Assembly (NCBI GenBank): GCA_964019335.1
Contig: OZ025742.1
Location: 248,001-312,000 of the forward strand
DNA: 64,000 nucleotides
DNA from: Diplonema japonicum
Taxonomy: Eukaryota; Protista; Euglenozoa: Diplonemea
Reading direction: 5' to 3'
This document shows, piece after piece, positions 45,976-56,800 of the stretch. Position 1 is the stretch's first letter; each line of letters begins with the position of its first letter. The notes below the pieces were generated by a model. The model made no database searches and had not been told where the DNA came from. It saw only the letters and a program-made list of their open reading frames with translations. Both the position numbers and the translations under genes were made by a program.

Positions 45976-47741
45976 TTAAATATATATTTCCCCTGTGCTT
46001 AGCGCTCAACTCTAAACAGGGCAAAAAAGTAGGGGGGGGGGGGGGGGGGGGGGTACATCTCTCTTTTTCTCTTTTTTAAATAGGTCCCAACTTACTTCCT
46101 ATGGTTTCACGCCTTTCCCCCCCCCATTTTTTCCCCTGCTCCTTTAAAAAAAAAAGCCCATACTTTTCTACAGACATATTTCACCCTTATCCTTTTTTTG
46201 CTCGGGTGACAAGCGGAGATAGAGAGGGGGGGGGGGGGGAGGAATTAAAAATACCCATTATCCTGATGCTTTTATCGAGGAAACGACGGGAAGAGGGGGG
46301 GAAAAAAAGAAGAAGAAAAAAAAAAGAGGAACTGACCGTTGTTTGTACGTGCTAGGGTAAAACCTGGAGAAGTTTGTCAACCTGAAACACGTTGCCAACG
46401 TTCCCCCTTTTTTTAGATAAGTTAAAGACCCGTTTTTGTGTTTAAAAAAAAAAAAGAAAATAAAACTCCCACAATTTATTGTTTCCAGAGCATCTTCTGG
46501 AACAGAGTCCTTTCCTCCTCCTCCTCCCTTCTCTCCATTGCCGCTTATGGGTTGATCCATTTCCCACATTCGCTGGCTGACATACAATCTTTTAATCTTT
46601 CGCACTTGGATCATTACGGATCTCTCCGGCAGTGTCCAGCTGAAGTAAAAGGCCGCACATACAGCAGTTGACCCAAGATCACAAGTGAAGGTTTTTTTTT
46701 GAGCAAAAAAAGGAAGATGACATATATGGTGTACCTGCTGCCGTTCTTTCAATTGCGATGCTTGTTTTTCCATGAGGGTGGCAGGCTTCGCAACCGGTTG
46801 TAGCGAAAAACAGAGGTCAGAAAGAAATGGTGAGCAAGCGCACTTGTGACCCTGTGTTACAACCCAGGGTCGGGTTACTGTTAAAAGTACTTAGCGAAAA
46901 ATATATGGTGTCACACAGCATAGCCCCGAAAATCCGGTTTTTACACCCCATTATTTGCTTTTTTTTTTTCAAGGGGTTCCTAAGGGTTTTCGGCCTAACA
47001 TGGCCTTTTTCAGAAAAACCAATTCTTAACACTTGCCTGCTCATGTAGAGCTTCGGCATTGGTATCTTTGGAGCCAAACTTGCATCTGTGGAGAATACAT
47101 GGGGGGAGGGGGGGGCAGCCGAAGGTGTTTTTAAACGACATAAGCAACGCTGAAACTGGAAACGAAAAAAAAAAGAAGAAAGAAAAAAAGTGAATTTACA
47201 AATGTTTATCTCTCTCTTCCCTCCCTCCCCTGTCTTTTTTCCATAAAAAAAACACTTTTCTCCCTCCCCTCAAAAAAAAAAAAATAGTCATGTGACACCA
47301 GTTCTGCATTTTTTATTACAGACCTTGGCAGCCCGTAAAAAACGCATTTTTTTTTTTGAAAGGAGTGAAAGAGAAAAGAAGGGAGAAAGTCCCCCCCCCA
47401 AAGAAATGAAGAGAAGGAAGAAGAAGAAAAAGGGCGCACCCCCCTCTCCCCCTTCCCCTGCAATAAAAAGCCCTTATTTCCTCATTCTTATAATTATCTC
47501 TTCTCACCTTGCTCCTTTGCTAACCTTGAAAGTACCATTTCCCCCTCTTTTTTTTTTCTTTTTGGTACGACGCATGAGCGGATGCTCTCGGAGCAGTTGG
47601 GCTGACAGTATAAAAGTTTCCTTACCCCCCCCCCCCCACCCCCCCGCCCATGTGATATTCTTTTTTTTTTCTTTGAAAGGAAGGAGGGAATGAATGATGT
47701 TTCATTCCCTCTCTTTATCCACTTATTCTTTTTAGAAGACG

Positions 47742-47790
<49 letters not shown>

Positions 47791-48006
47791 ATGAACAAGA
47801 AAAAACAATGAAATTGTTATTGCTAAAAAGAGTAGTGGTAGCATTGTTGGGCTTATCCTTCTACAGGTTAATCCCGGCTGTGCACAAACATTTTTTTTTT
47901 CTTTTTTCTTTTTTCTTTTTACACCAGGAAGACCCACCTTCCTCTTGAGTCTAGCACGCCGCATTACAAGCACTGTTTCAGGGGAAAGAGGGGGGAAAAA
48001 GAAGAG

Positions 48007-48041
<35 letters not shown>

Positions 48042-48160
48042 CTCCCTAACCCCAATATCCAGACCACCGATTCCTCAAGAAAGGGGAGATTTGACTAGGA
48101 TCCAAATTTTCTGCTTCGCTGTGCAGAGGAAAAAAAATACGAAAAGATAGTGTAGCAAAC

Positions 48161-48221
<61 letters not shown>

Positions 48222-48225
48222 ATTT

Positions 48226-48385
48226 ATTTGGTGAAAATAAGATCATATTGATCGTATGATTTTCACGCGTGGTGGCAGTGGTCTAACGAGTGGGTATATG
48301 ACTTCACGAGCGAAGCGAGTGAAGTAACATCAACGAGCTAAACATGCCACCACAAGTGAAAATCTAGGATCTATTTTCACTAAAT
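48226..48385. repeat. Long imperfect nested inverted repeat centred on GCGAAGC
   Basis: Arm pairs ATTTGGTGAAAATAAGATC/GATCTATTTTCACTAAAT, ATTTTCACGCGTGGTGGCA/TGCCACCACAAGTGAAAAT and ACTTCAC/GTGAAGT. Confidence 0.85.
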
Positions 48386-48848
48386 CCGTTCTTTTATTTT
48401 AAACGTCAGTCAGATTTGAAAGGGTGGGGTATTACAGGTTACAAGTTACAAATTTTACTGGGGGTCCTTATGATTGACAAATGATTGACACTGATTGATT
48501 GTCAAGGCATATGTGCTGTCACCGCTGCTGGCTTGCCAAGCCCACCTCTCTCCCCTTCTGGTGAGAGAGGCAGATCCTTGAGTGACGTAAAAAGTGAGAT
48601 TCCCAGATTCGAACCGGGGTTTCCAAAACAAGGGGCCTATGGTAACCACTTGGGTGATTTCTAACCCCCAAACCCTTGCTGTGCAGTGGAAATAGGGCAA
48701 GCGTGAAATATAAAGTAATTTTCATTCCTGCCCCTGTTTTTCTCCCAAAACAAGCCTGAAATCTACCGTGAAAATAAAGTGAAGCGTGAAATAAAGTGAA
48801 ATATTATATTCACTCCCACAGTTGAAAATCTGACTGGAGTTATATTAA

Positions 48849-50626
48849 CCCATAACACTCCGGGGCCTATCTACATAGGGGTCCCTTTTTTGCTCCTTTT
48901 CATAATTTGACGGGGAAAATGGCAGCATTTAACCCCCGTTTGCAGGTAAAACGGGTTTTTTGGACCAGGAAAATTTAAAAAAAAGCTCAAAAATTAATAA
49001 AAATACAAAGGGGATGAAGAGTTGAATGGCCGTAGGGTGCTCAAAAACGACCATGTCAAAATGGGTTGTGCACGGGGGGGTGTAAATTGAGCATCTTGGG
49101 ACAAAAAAAGCAGCATCAGGACCCCTCAGATGTCTCAGACCGAGAGAAGTGCCTATTTGCGGGTGGAATATCGGCCTCGAAATCGTCAAGAAGCCTTTTT
49201 GGGTGATGGAAGAGTGGTACGAAAAAAGCACTTATTTGGACAAAGGTGTTGGTTACAGGTGTAGCATTTGTAGATTGTGCGTTTTGTGTCATCCTTTCAA
49301 CCTGCAGAACCTGGAGTTGCCCCCTTTGAGTGGTTGGTGGTCACGTTTGGTGTAATCTGGGGTGTCGGGTGTGTGTGCTCCACTAGTTGGGTGCCGGGAG
49401 TGGTGTTTTTGCAACGCTGGACCCATCATTTAGGCTCTCTCGAAAGCGCTCTTTAAAAGCAGCCAGGGTTTTGTATCTCTTTGGCTGAACCCTAACCATA
49501 TTTTATTTAAAGTGCAAGGCAGTTAACTATTGTCACTTCTAGGGCCCACCAGAAGAGTCCGCAACACTCCAACGAAATGCAAGCCCCCTCACAGTTTTTT
49601 CACAGGGCTTCGGCCAGACCTACAGTCGAAAAGTAGTTATTGCAAACTACCGTGTTGTCGTTCCCCGAAAATTCCCCGTTAACCCCAGCACCTTTTCCAC
49701 GACACTGAAATCTTCAAGTGCGTGCCCCTCGATTTTGGTGGCGTGGATGTGAAAACGCGAAAGATAACCCGTGCTCACGCAGTTTAGGCAGTATATTTTT
49801 ATGCCATATCTCTTACGCTTGAGAGGACAGTAGACCCCAAGCCCCCCCAATTGCCCCGTGACGGTACGAGTGTCTCGTCAATGCTTAAATATTTTCCTGG
49901 CACTGCTGTTTTTGCCCACTTGTTACCAATTCTGTCCAGAAACCCTCGTGTCTTCCACAACACATCACCATTTGACCCTTCTGTGTGAGTGAAGTGGAGG
50001 CTACTTTTAATTTCCTGGTAGCGTCTCCTGGGCTTCGTGTTACTGAAAAGGGGGATTTTCATGGGTCCTGTGGACCAATACGTTTGCTAATTCTGGGCAC
50101 GCCGCAAACCCATTATAATGCTCAATCCGAGAAAGCGGTGGAGTCCTGGGTCGAAATCTTATCAATCTCAGCGTCCTTATGCTTGTTTGTCTCTTCTTGG
50201 ATGACGTCTGTGAACTTCTTATCAAAAAACCGAAGGAATAATCATTTTGCGTCGTCAGGTTTCTGCGTACCACGGGACAGCTTTTTCCCCCCCCACCGGC
50301 CTATTTTATGGTCTCTATGGGTACCAACTCCCTTACCCATGAAGGTTGGACCTCGTCCGTAGCTGTTTTGGCTTTACCTTTGCGTTTTTTGGACACAGTC
50401 CGCACACCCGTTATTTTGCGTTTTTTCGCCTATCCACTCGGATTTGGGACCCACTTGGTGGGTGGATAACAAGGTAAAGTGATGCAGTGCAACATGAATT
50501 GCAGTTGAAAATAACTCCTCACTATAGTCGTTCTTGGAGATCCAGGGGTCGTGGGGACGAAAAAGTACTTAGAGAAAAAAACGATTTTTCAAAACGACAA
50601 ATATTTGCGCCTTGGAGTGTTATGGG
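48849..50626 (-). mobile_element. Defective piggyBac of a second family with both ends intact
   Basis: TTAA at 48845-48848 and 50627-50630. Perfect 13-bp TIR CCCATAACACTCC. Frameshifted PGKYLSIDETLVPSRG and KRYGIKIYCL motifs plus a C-terminal Cys-rich remnant. Confidence 0.93.
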
Positions 50627-50822
50627 TTAAAAAAAAAAAAACTCGTTTTTTTCTCTTTCTCCCCCCCCCCCCCTCTTCACTATTAGTTACTGTTTTATTT
50701 TCTTATCCCCCCCCACCCCTTTAGCTTTTCCTTATTTAACTCCATCTCTCTTTTTTCTTTTTTTTCAAAAAGAATATCGATAAAAAGGGGGGGGGGGGGG
50801 AAAGGAGGAGAGGAGGAGGGGG

Positions 50823-51431
50823 ATGTCGTTTTCTATTCAGATATTACTCCAAGCCCTGGAGTGGTCTGACGGGGAGAACCTATGGAACATAGCTCAGGTG
50901 TGTAGGCCATGGAGACAGGCATGTTGCGATGAAAGGCTGTGGGAGACAAGGTTTTTGGAATTCGGCAGCGCGGTGATGGGAACCAACAACAACGGCAACA
51001 TATCAATCGATTTACATGAGTTTGCTGGATCTTACAGTTGGAGGTCCCGGTGGGCCATTGAGGAGAGGGTCAAGAAGAGGTTTCAAAAAGCATTTCACGA
51101 ACTACCAATAGGGGTAAGGGTTCTTGTGTTCCCGCCTTCGCAGCAGGCGTCGCTTGATACCTTTCAGCAGAAGGGTAAACTAAAACACCTTAAATCCATC
51201 GAAGATGCACTTCTCCTTCTTTCGGAGAGCCTCCCGAAGGCACGCATCTACTACGCCAGAAGAGCGCTTACTTCGCCGACCTCTCCTTACAAATATTACA
51301 CCTCCGGGTACTGCTTCGGTGTGGACGGGGACGAACACTCACTGCAGACGTCGCACGACATTACAACCATTTTCTGCATCAACCCTGATAGGGTCTTGCA
51401 GATCACTCTCGATGACATGACCATCGAGTGA
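50823..51431 (+). CDS. F-box domain protein
   Basis: ILLQALEWSDGENLWNIAQVCRPWRQACCDERLW fits the F-box consensus. Confidence 0.75.
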   Translation: MSFSIQILLQALEWSDGENLWNIAQVCRPWRQACCDERLWETRFLEFGSAVMGTNNNGNISIDLHEFAGSYSWRSRWAIEERVKKRFQKAFHELPIGVRVLVFPPSQQASLDTFQQKGKLKHLKSIEDALLLLSESLPKARIYYARRALTSPTSPYKYYTSGYCFGVDGDEHSLQTSHDITTIFCINPDRVLQITLDDMTIE

Positions 51432-51438
51432 AAACACG

Positions 51439-51484
<46 letters not shown>

Positions 51485-51538
51485 AGTTTTTTTTTCTCTT
51501 TTTTTTTCCCCCAGAACAATTTTTAATCCAAAGTCAGG

Positions 51539-52123
51539 ATGTCTGAAGAATATTCGTCATGCAGCCCGGACTACAGCGAGGATGTCGCCGATAGCGTACA
51601 GGACTACAGCGAGGACGCCAGCAGTGGAGGGGTGGGGCATGTGGTGATGGTGCCGTCGCCTTACAGTCCTTCGTCTTCTTCGGAAAGAAGCACTGGTTTC
51701 TCTTCCTCCTCTTCCGCTTCTTCTTCTTCCTCCTCTTCCTCGGGAAACACAAGTAGTCCCTTGCAACCGGCACCTCCTCAATCCACTGTGAGGAAGAAAC
51801 GGAACAACCACCCAGCAGGGCCTGCGGGGGCATCACGACAAGCACAAGCGTCGTTCTTGCCTGTTCTGGCGGCACTGCCGCCCAAGTCGCAGTTTACAAA
51901 GCTTCTCGCTCACACCATTAGCACTATTCGGATCTATGGCCAACCACAGCCACCTCCCCCACGGAAGAACCCTGCACCCCAACGGCTCCCAAGACTCCCA
52001 CCACGGTTTTGCAAGCACCCGACAGGGAACCTGCTCCCACCCCAGCCCCAGCACCGCGTGGTGTTGAATTGGACAATCGACCGGGAGCGGGCCTCAAAGG
52101 TGTTAGCCCAAGGGGTCGGTTGA
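51539..52123 (+). CDS. Hypothetical Ser/Pro-rich protein
   Basis: 194-aa ATG-initiated GC-rich ORF between homopolymer tracts, on the same strand as its neighbours. Confidence 0.6.
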   Translation: MSEEYSSCSPDYSEDVADSVQDYSEDASSGGVGHVVMVPSPYSPSSSSERSTGFSSSSSASSSSSSSSGNTSSPLQPAPPQSTVRKKRNNHPAGPAGASRQAQASFLPVLAALPPKSQFTKLLAHTISTIRIYGQPQPPPPRKNPAPQRLPRLPPRFCKHPTGNLLPPQPQHRVVLNWTIDRERASKVLAQGVG

Positions 52124-52169
52124 TACTTCTTTAATTCCTCTTTTAACATGGTGTTTTCCAACACAAAAA

Positions 52170-52222
<53 letters not shown>

Positions 52223-52359
52223 GCAATAAAATTCTACCACTACATTTCTCGTTCACCATTTTTCCCAACAAGCACACAAAAGGGAGGGAAGAAAAAAAGA
52301 AAAAAGAATAACCCCCCCTCCCCCTGTCCCACCCCCTACATGCAAACAACTGTAAAGTC

Positions 52360-53745
52360 ATGCAACCCAACCTCAACCCTGCTAGCGCAGTCGCCAGCGC
52401 AGCTCTGAGTAAACCGTGCGAACCTGAAGAGCTCGTGTTTTATGACAGAGTAACGGGGCATCCAGTGGTGGAGAGGTGCCCGGAAATGGTCGGGCTGCCT
52501 GTGTATAGCGTGGTGCAGGTTCTGTGGATCAACCACAAGATGAAGAAAAAGAGCGTCTGGTTGGCGGCCGGAGCGACACACTTAGTGATGCTGAGCAGGA
52601 AGGGCAAGCTGTTAAGGGGGATAAAACTGCTAGAGATCGCGAAGCTGACAATCGACCAGGACACCAATCGGTGCTTATTGACGCCGACATCTGTCTCTGG
52701 AGACCCCATGTGGCTGTGGGAATGGGAAGTGTCTGGGACTGCGGCTACCTGGTTTATAGGCGCGCTCTCCCAGGTGCAAAGAACCGTAGTGTCTGAGGGG
52801 AAAGAAATGAACTTGGAGTTTGAACACGTGAGAAAAGAAGGATTAATGCTGAAGCCGGCGAAGGTGACTCTTTCAGTGACCAACAGGATCCAGCAGATAC
52901 AAGCGACAAAACCGGAGCTGATCGCAAGCTTGGAAGAAGCCGCCTTTGACTACGTAGAGACCGTGCGTCTGATGCAGCTGAACGAGATGGTTACCCAGGA
53001 AAAGGAGCAGAACTCCCTGGCTATGGAGCTGAACCAAAGGAGAACCGAAAGAACTGTCGTAGCCGTTGTTCTCTGCGGCGTGATGGCCGCCTTTGAGTCG
53101 TTCTTTAAGTGCGGGGTTGCAAGCATTCTGCAGGACATGGTGGAGCTGAACCGGGAGGAACAGAAAATCATATTTGAAACCCAACGGATCCACACTGCAG
53201 TCGCTGCTGTTTCCGGCCACTCACAGTCATCGATAAGAGCAATGAGCCATGTTTCTTTTAAGGAAAATCAGCATCTGGGGATCAAGCCGATGAAGGCTTT
53301 CACCAACACCGCCACACAGATCATGGATCCTCGCGAAGGGGGATGGGCCGACCCAGAAGCTATGATTGACCTTCGGGCAGATTTCAAAGAATTCAGCAAG
53401 CTCCACCCGACCAAGAGACATGTTGTCCCACCGGACGCGTCCTCCCCTTCAGCTGGGTTGAGGCCTGGACCTAAGCGGTACTATGGCTTGAGATCCTCGG
53501 GCATCATACACCTTACACACCCCTCGTGGGTCGCCGATAGGTCCACAACAACTAAGGCGGCAGACATTTACGCAATGTTCAGAGAACACAGCGCAACCGT
53601 TGAGTCACACCGATGGGTCTCCGAAACCCTTCTCGAGATTCAGCTATCGAAGCACACCCCTTACCCAACTGCGATGGCCGCCGCGATACAAGAAGGCTAC
53701 GTTTGTCAAGATCCACACAAAAACCATTTACTGCTTGATGTTTAG
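52360..53745 (+). CDS. Hypothetical protein; possible N-terminal PH-like domain and central coiled coil
   Basis: 461-aa ORF. VLWINHKMKKKSVWLAAGATHLVML...LLRGIKLLEI has a PH/TH1-like pattern (weak). Confidence 0.75.
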   Translation: MQPNLNPASAVASAALSKPCEPEELVFYDRVTGHPVVERCPEMVGLPVYSVVQVLWINHKMKKKSVWLAAGATHLVMLSRKGKLLRGIKLLEIAKLTIDQDTNRCLLTPTSVSGDPMWLWEWEVSGTAATWFIGALSQVQRTVVSEGKEMNLEFEHVRKEGLMLKPAKVTLSVTNRIQQIQATKPELIASLEEAAFDYVETVRLMQLNEMVTQEKEQNSLAMELNQRRTERTVVAVVLCGVMAAFESFFKCGVASILQDMVELNREEQKIIFETQRIHTAVAAVSGHSQSSIRAMSHVSFKENQHLGIKPMKAFTNTATQIMDPREGGWADPEAMIDLRADFKEFSKLHPTKRHVVPPDASSPSAGLRPGPKRYYGLRSSGIIHLTHPSWVADRSTTTKAADIYAMFREHSATVESHRWVSETLLEIQLSKHTPYPTAMAAAIQEGYVCQDPHKNHLLLDV

Positions 53746-53836
53746 TAACATCATTCTATAGAAACCACTTTTAGTATCCCCCCCCCCTTTTTTTTTTCTT
53801 TCTAGCTGTCTATCTTTTAAGGCGGTGGGAGGGAAA

Positions 53837-56800
53837 ATGCTGTGCAGCCTGTTGGTGTGCTGCTGTCTCCTTGCAAACCCTGCCGCTTCGGTGTCCCGCT
53901 TAGAAGAAAATTTCAAACTGATTAAAAGAGAAGCCGCCGCAAGAGGCAGCTTGCGAAACGTTAGCAAAGTGCTATATGAAACCCGTGATAAGTTGCTGTG
54001 GGAAGAACTCAAGACAAACGGACCGAGCGATGTACTCGCGTATCAAGCGATGAAGCTGAACCTTCTTTACGATGCAGTAGCGGTGTGCAGCAGGGTGAGC
54101 CACCCTCACGGCGCGCTGAAGGGAGCGTACCCAGCAGTGTGCACAACGCAAAACGGCCAGACACTTACCGTGCAGCTCCCGTTGAAAAACAAAGGCCTCC
54201 ACAGCACTGACCCCATCTGTCTTAGTTACTACGAAATTTCGTCGAAAAGAATGTACATTGCGACCACCGGGCTCCTCGAGTACCCGGTCCCAGAAGGCGA
54301 GCCCCAATCGAGGCTTGTATATACCAAGTTCCAAAATGTGTACCACAGCTTTGCAAACCGCGAGGAAATGCAAAACTTCCTCCCGGAACAAAGCCGGCAA
54401 GGCAAAGCTCTGTTGGCAAAGGAGTCCCCCGGCGGTTGGAAGAGAACCGCGACCACAAAAACAGGAACATGGAATGTGCTTGTGATACCCGTTGAATTCC
54501 CCGACCTGGCAGGGTGGCCTATTACGCAGAGTGCTGCGATGGACCCTGCAAAGTACCAAGCTGTGTACGGTGCCAACGGCGACGTGGACAGGTTCTACGA
54601 GGAAGCATCTGATGGAAAGCTCCGCTTCACAGCAGAGGTCACGAGCTTGATGACGGCACCGAAGTCGACCTCCTACTACCTCACCGTGCAGTACGGATTC
54701 TTGAACGAGCTGCTGGACGATGTCCTCGTGCAGCTCACCAACTCCGGAAAAGACATCTACAGCTACGACAACTGGATCGTCAGCACCTCCTCCATCACTG
54801 GGGTCTCGTACTCTGGCCTCGGCCACATCGGCTACAAAGGCCTCCATATCAACGGCGCAGACTCTGCAGGGACAGCCTCTCATGAAATCGGCCACAACCT
54901 CGGCCGCAACCATGCGCACTCTCAGAAACCCTACTACGACTATGGGAGCAGGCTAGACGTGATGGGTGCAGGGTCGGGGTCCAACCCTGTCTTCGGCACG
55001 CATGGCAAGATCGGGTTCGGTTGGCTAGACGAAACGTGCGACGTGGCGGAGACGGGAGCCAATGGGAACACCTTCCGGCTGTACAGACACGACCACAGAA
55101 ACGCCAAAGGGCACCGTGCTGTGCGGCTGGGATGGTACTGGCATCAGCGGTATTACTGGCTTGAATACCGTGCGGAGCATGGGTGGGGGTGCAGCTCTAC
55201 GTGTACCACGCCTCCCTACCCGTACTCGGCGACGACCTCGCAGCTGAGGAAAGGCGTTGTCATCACTGAGGAGCGTGCGGGGTACATCTTCACCGACGAC
55301 TCGCGCCTTGTGGATGCCACACCGGGCACAGATGTCAGATCGGCACCGGAAGATGTAACAGTGGTACAAGGCACCCCGTACACACTGCGCTACGACGCTG
55401 AGACGGCGGGTGCGGAGTACGCGACAGTGGAGGTGGTGGGGTCGGGGGGCACCTCCCCCAACGAGTACCTCGATGTGAAGGTCACATACATCAGGGGTGC
55501 CTGTGCCTTTAGCGATGACGGGTCGCCGCCCTGTGCCGACAGGTGCACGCACCACCACCTGACAGACCCGAACCCACAGTCGTGGACCATCTCGGACCTC
55601 ACAGAGTTCGCAACAGACATCACTGTGGAGCAAGGCCGCACCGCAACAGGCATCTCACTTGTCGCCTTTGCCGTGCACGGCACAGTGACAACAGCCACCG
55701 TCACCGTCTACAACGACGCCTCAGGCTCGCCTGGCAGCAGCATCGCTTCCGTCGACTACACAGTACAGGCATCAACCAACATCAATATCGTACCCTCTAA
55801 GAGTGACGCTCTTGGACTGCTCTCACTATCCCCAGGACGGTACTGGGTGGCTGTGAAGCCCAAATTCGACACGTACCCTGTGTACCTGAAGGTGGTGCAG
55901 AACAGCGTGCTGGGGACCGATGGTGTGCACAAGGACACGACAGGGTCATGGCAGGCGATGACGGGCGTCGATGTGGCGATGGACGTAGCAATGGAGTGCA
56001 GCGGGACAGCCAACGCAGCCACGGCAATCAGCATAACACAGCAGCCACCTGCGATGGTGAACTCCGGGGCGACGTTTCCATTGTCGGTGCGGTTCGTGGA
56101 CGCTTCCGGCAAGGGGGTGGTCATCCCCGCCGGCATGGTGGTCGACGTGGAAATCGGAAACAACCCGGGATCGGGGCATCTCCTCACGCAGCACGCGATT
56201 ACATCTGACGGCTACACCAAGTGCTTGACGTTCGATATCGCAGTGGACACGGGAGGCTCGGGGTACACGCTGGAGATATCTGGCGATAGCTTAACAGCCA
56301 CCACGACTGCCTTCGAAGTTATATCAACCACCGCATCTGCCACAACACTTGCGTTCTCCGGGTTGTGGACAACCGTTGGTGAAACGGCAACTGTGCAACA
56401 AAACGGCGCCCTTGGCGGAATGACACCTGTGAAGGTCCTGGTGCTGAAGTCCAACGGCGCCGTCGACGTAGCGATCTCCGGCTTAGTCATCACCGCCACA
56501 AGCCCGACAGCGGGGGCAACTTTGCAGAACGCAGCGGCAACCGTGACAGCAGGCGTAGCCACGTTCAACATGCTGTCGATCAGTTCGTGCGGAGATGTGG
56601 AGTTGGTCTTTACAGCCGATGCAACCTCTCTTCTTCCTGTTGCTGGGAAGCAGCTGACAACTGGCATCATCACGGTGACGCCTCTCATGGCGGCTAGTTA
56701 CGAGTTCTCAACCAACTCACTGGTGAAGTTCCCTGGGCAGGCCTTCAACGCACTGCTCAACACGCCTGTGTCCCCCATCAGACTGACACTGCTCGACTCG

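Noticed and set aside
46258-47077. Possible decayed kinase on the minus strand (TAAGTPYMS...TCDLGS)
   Set aside because: Only one weak motif across frameshifts; insufficient support.
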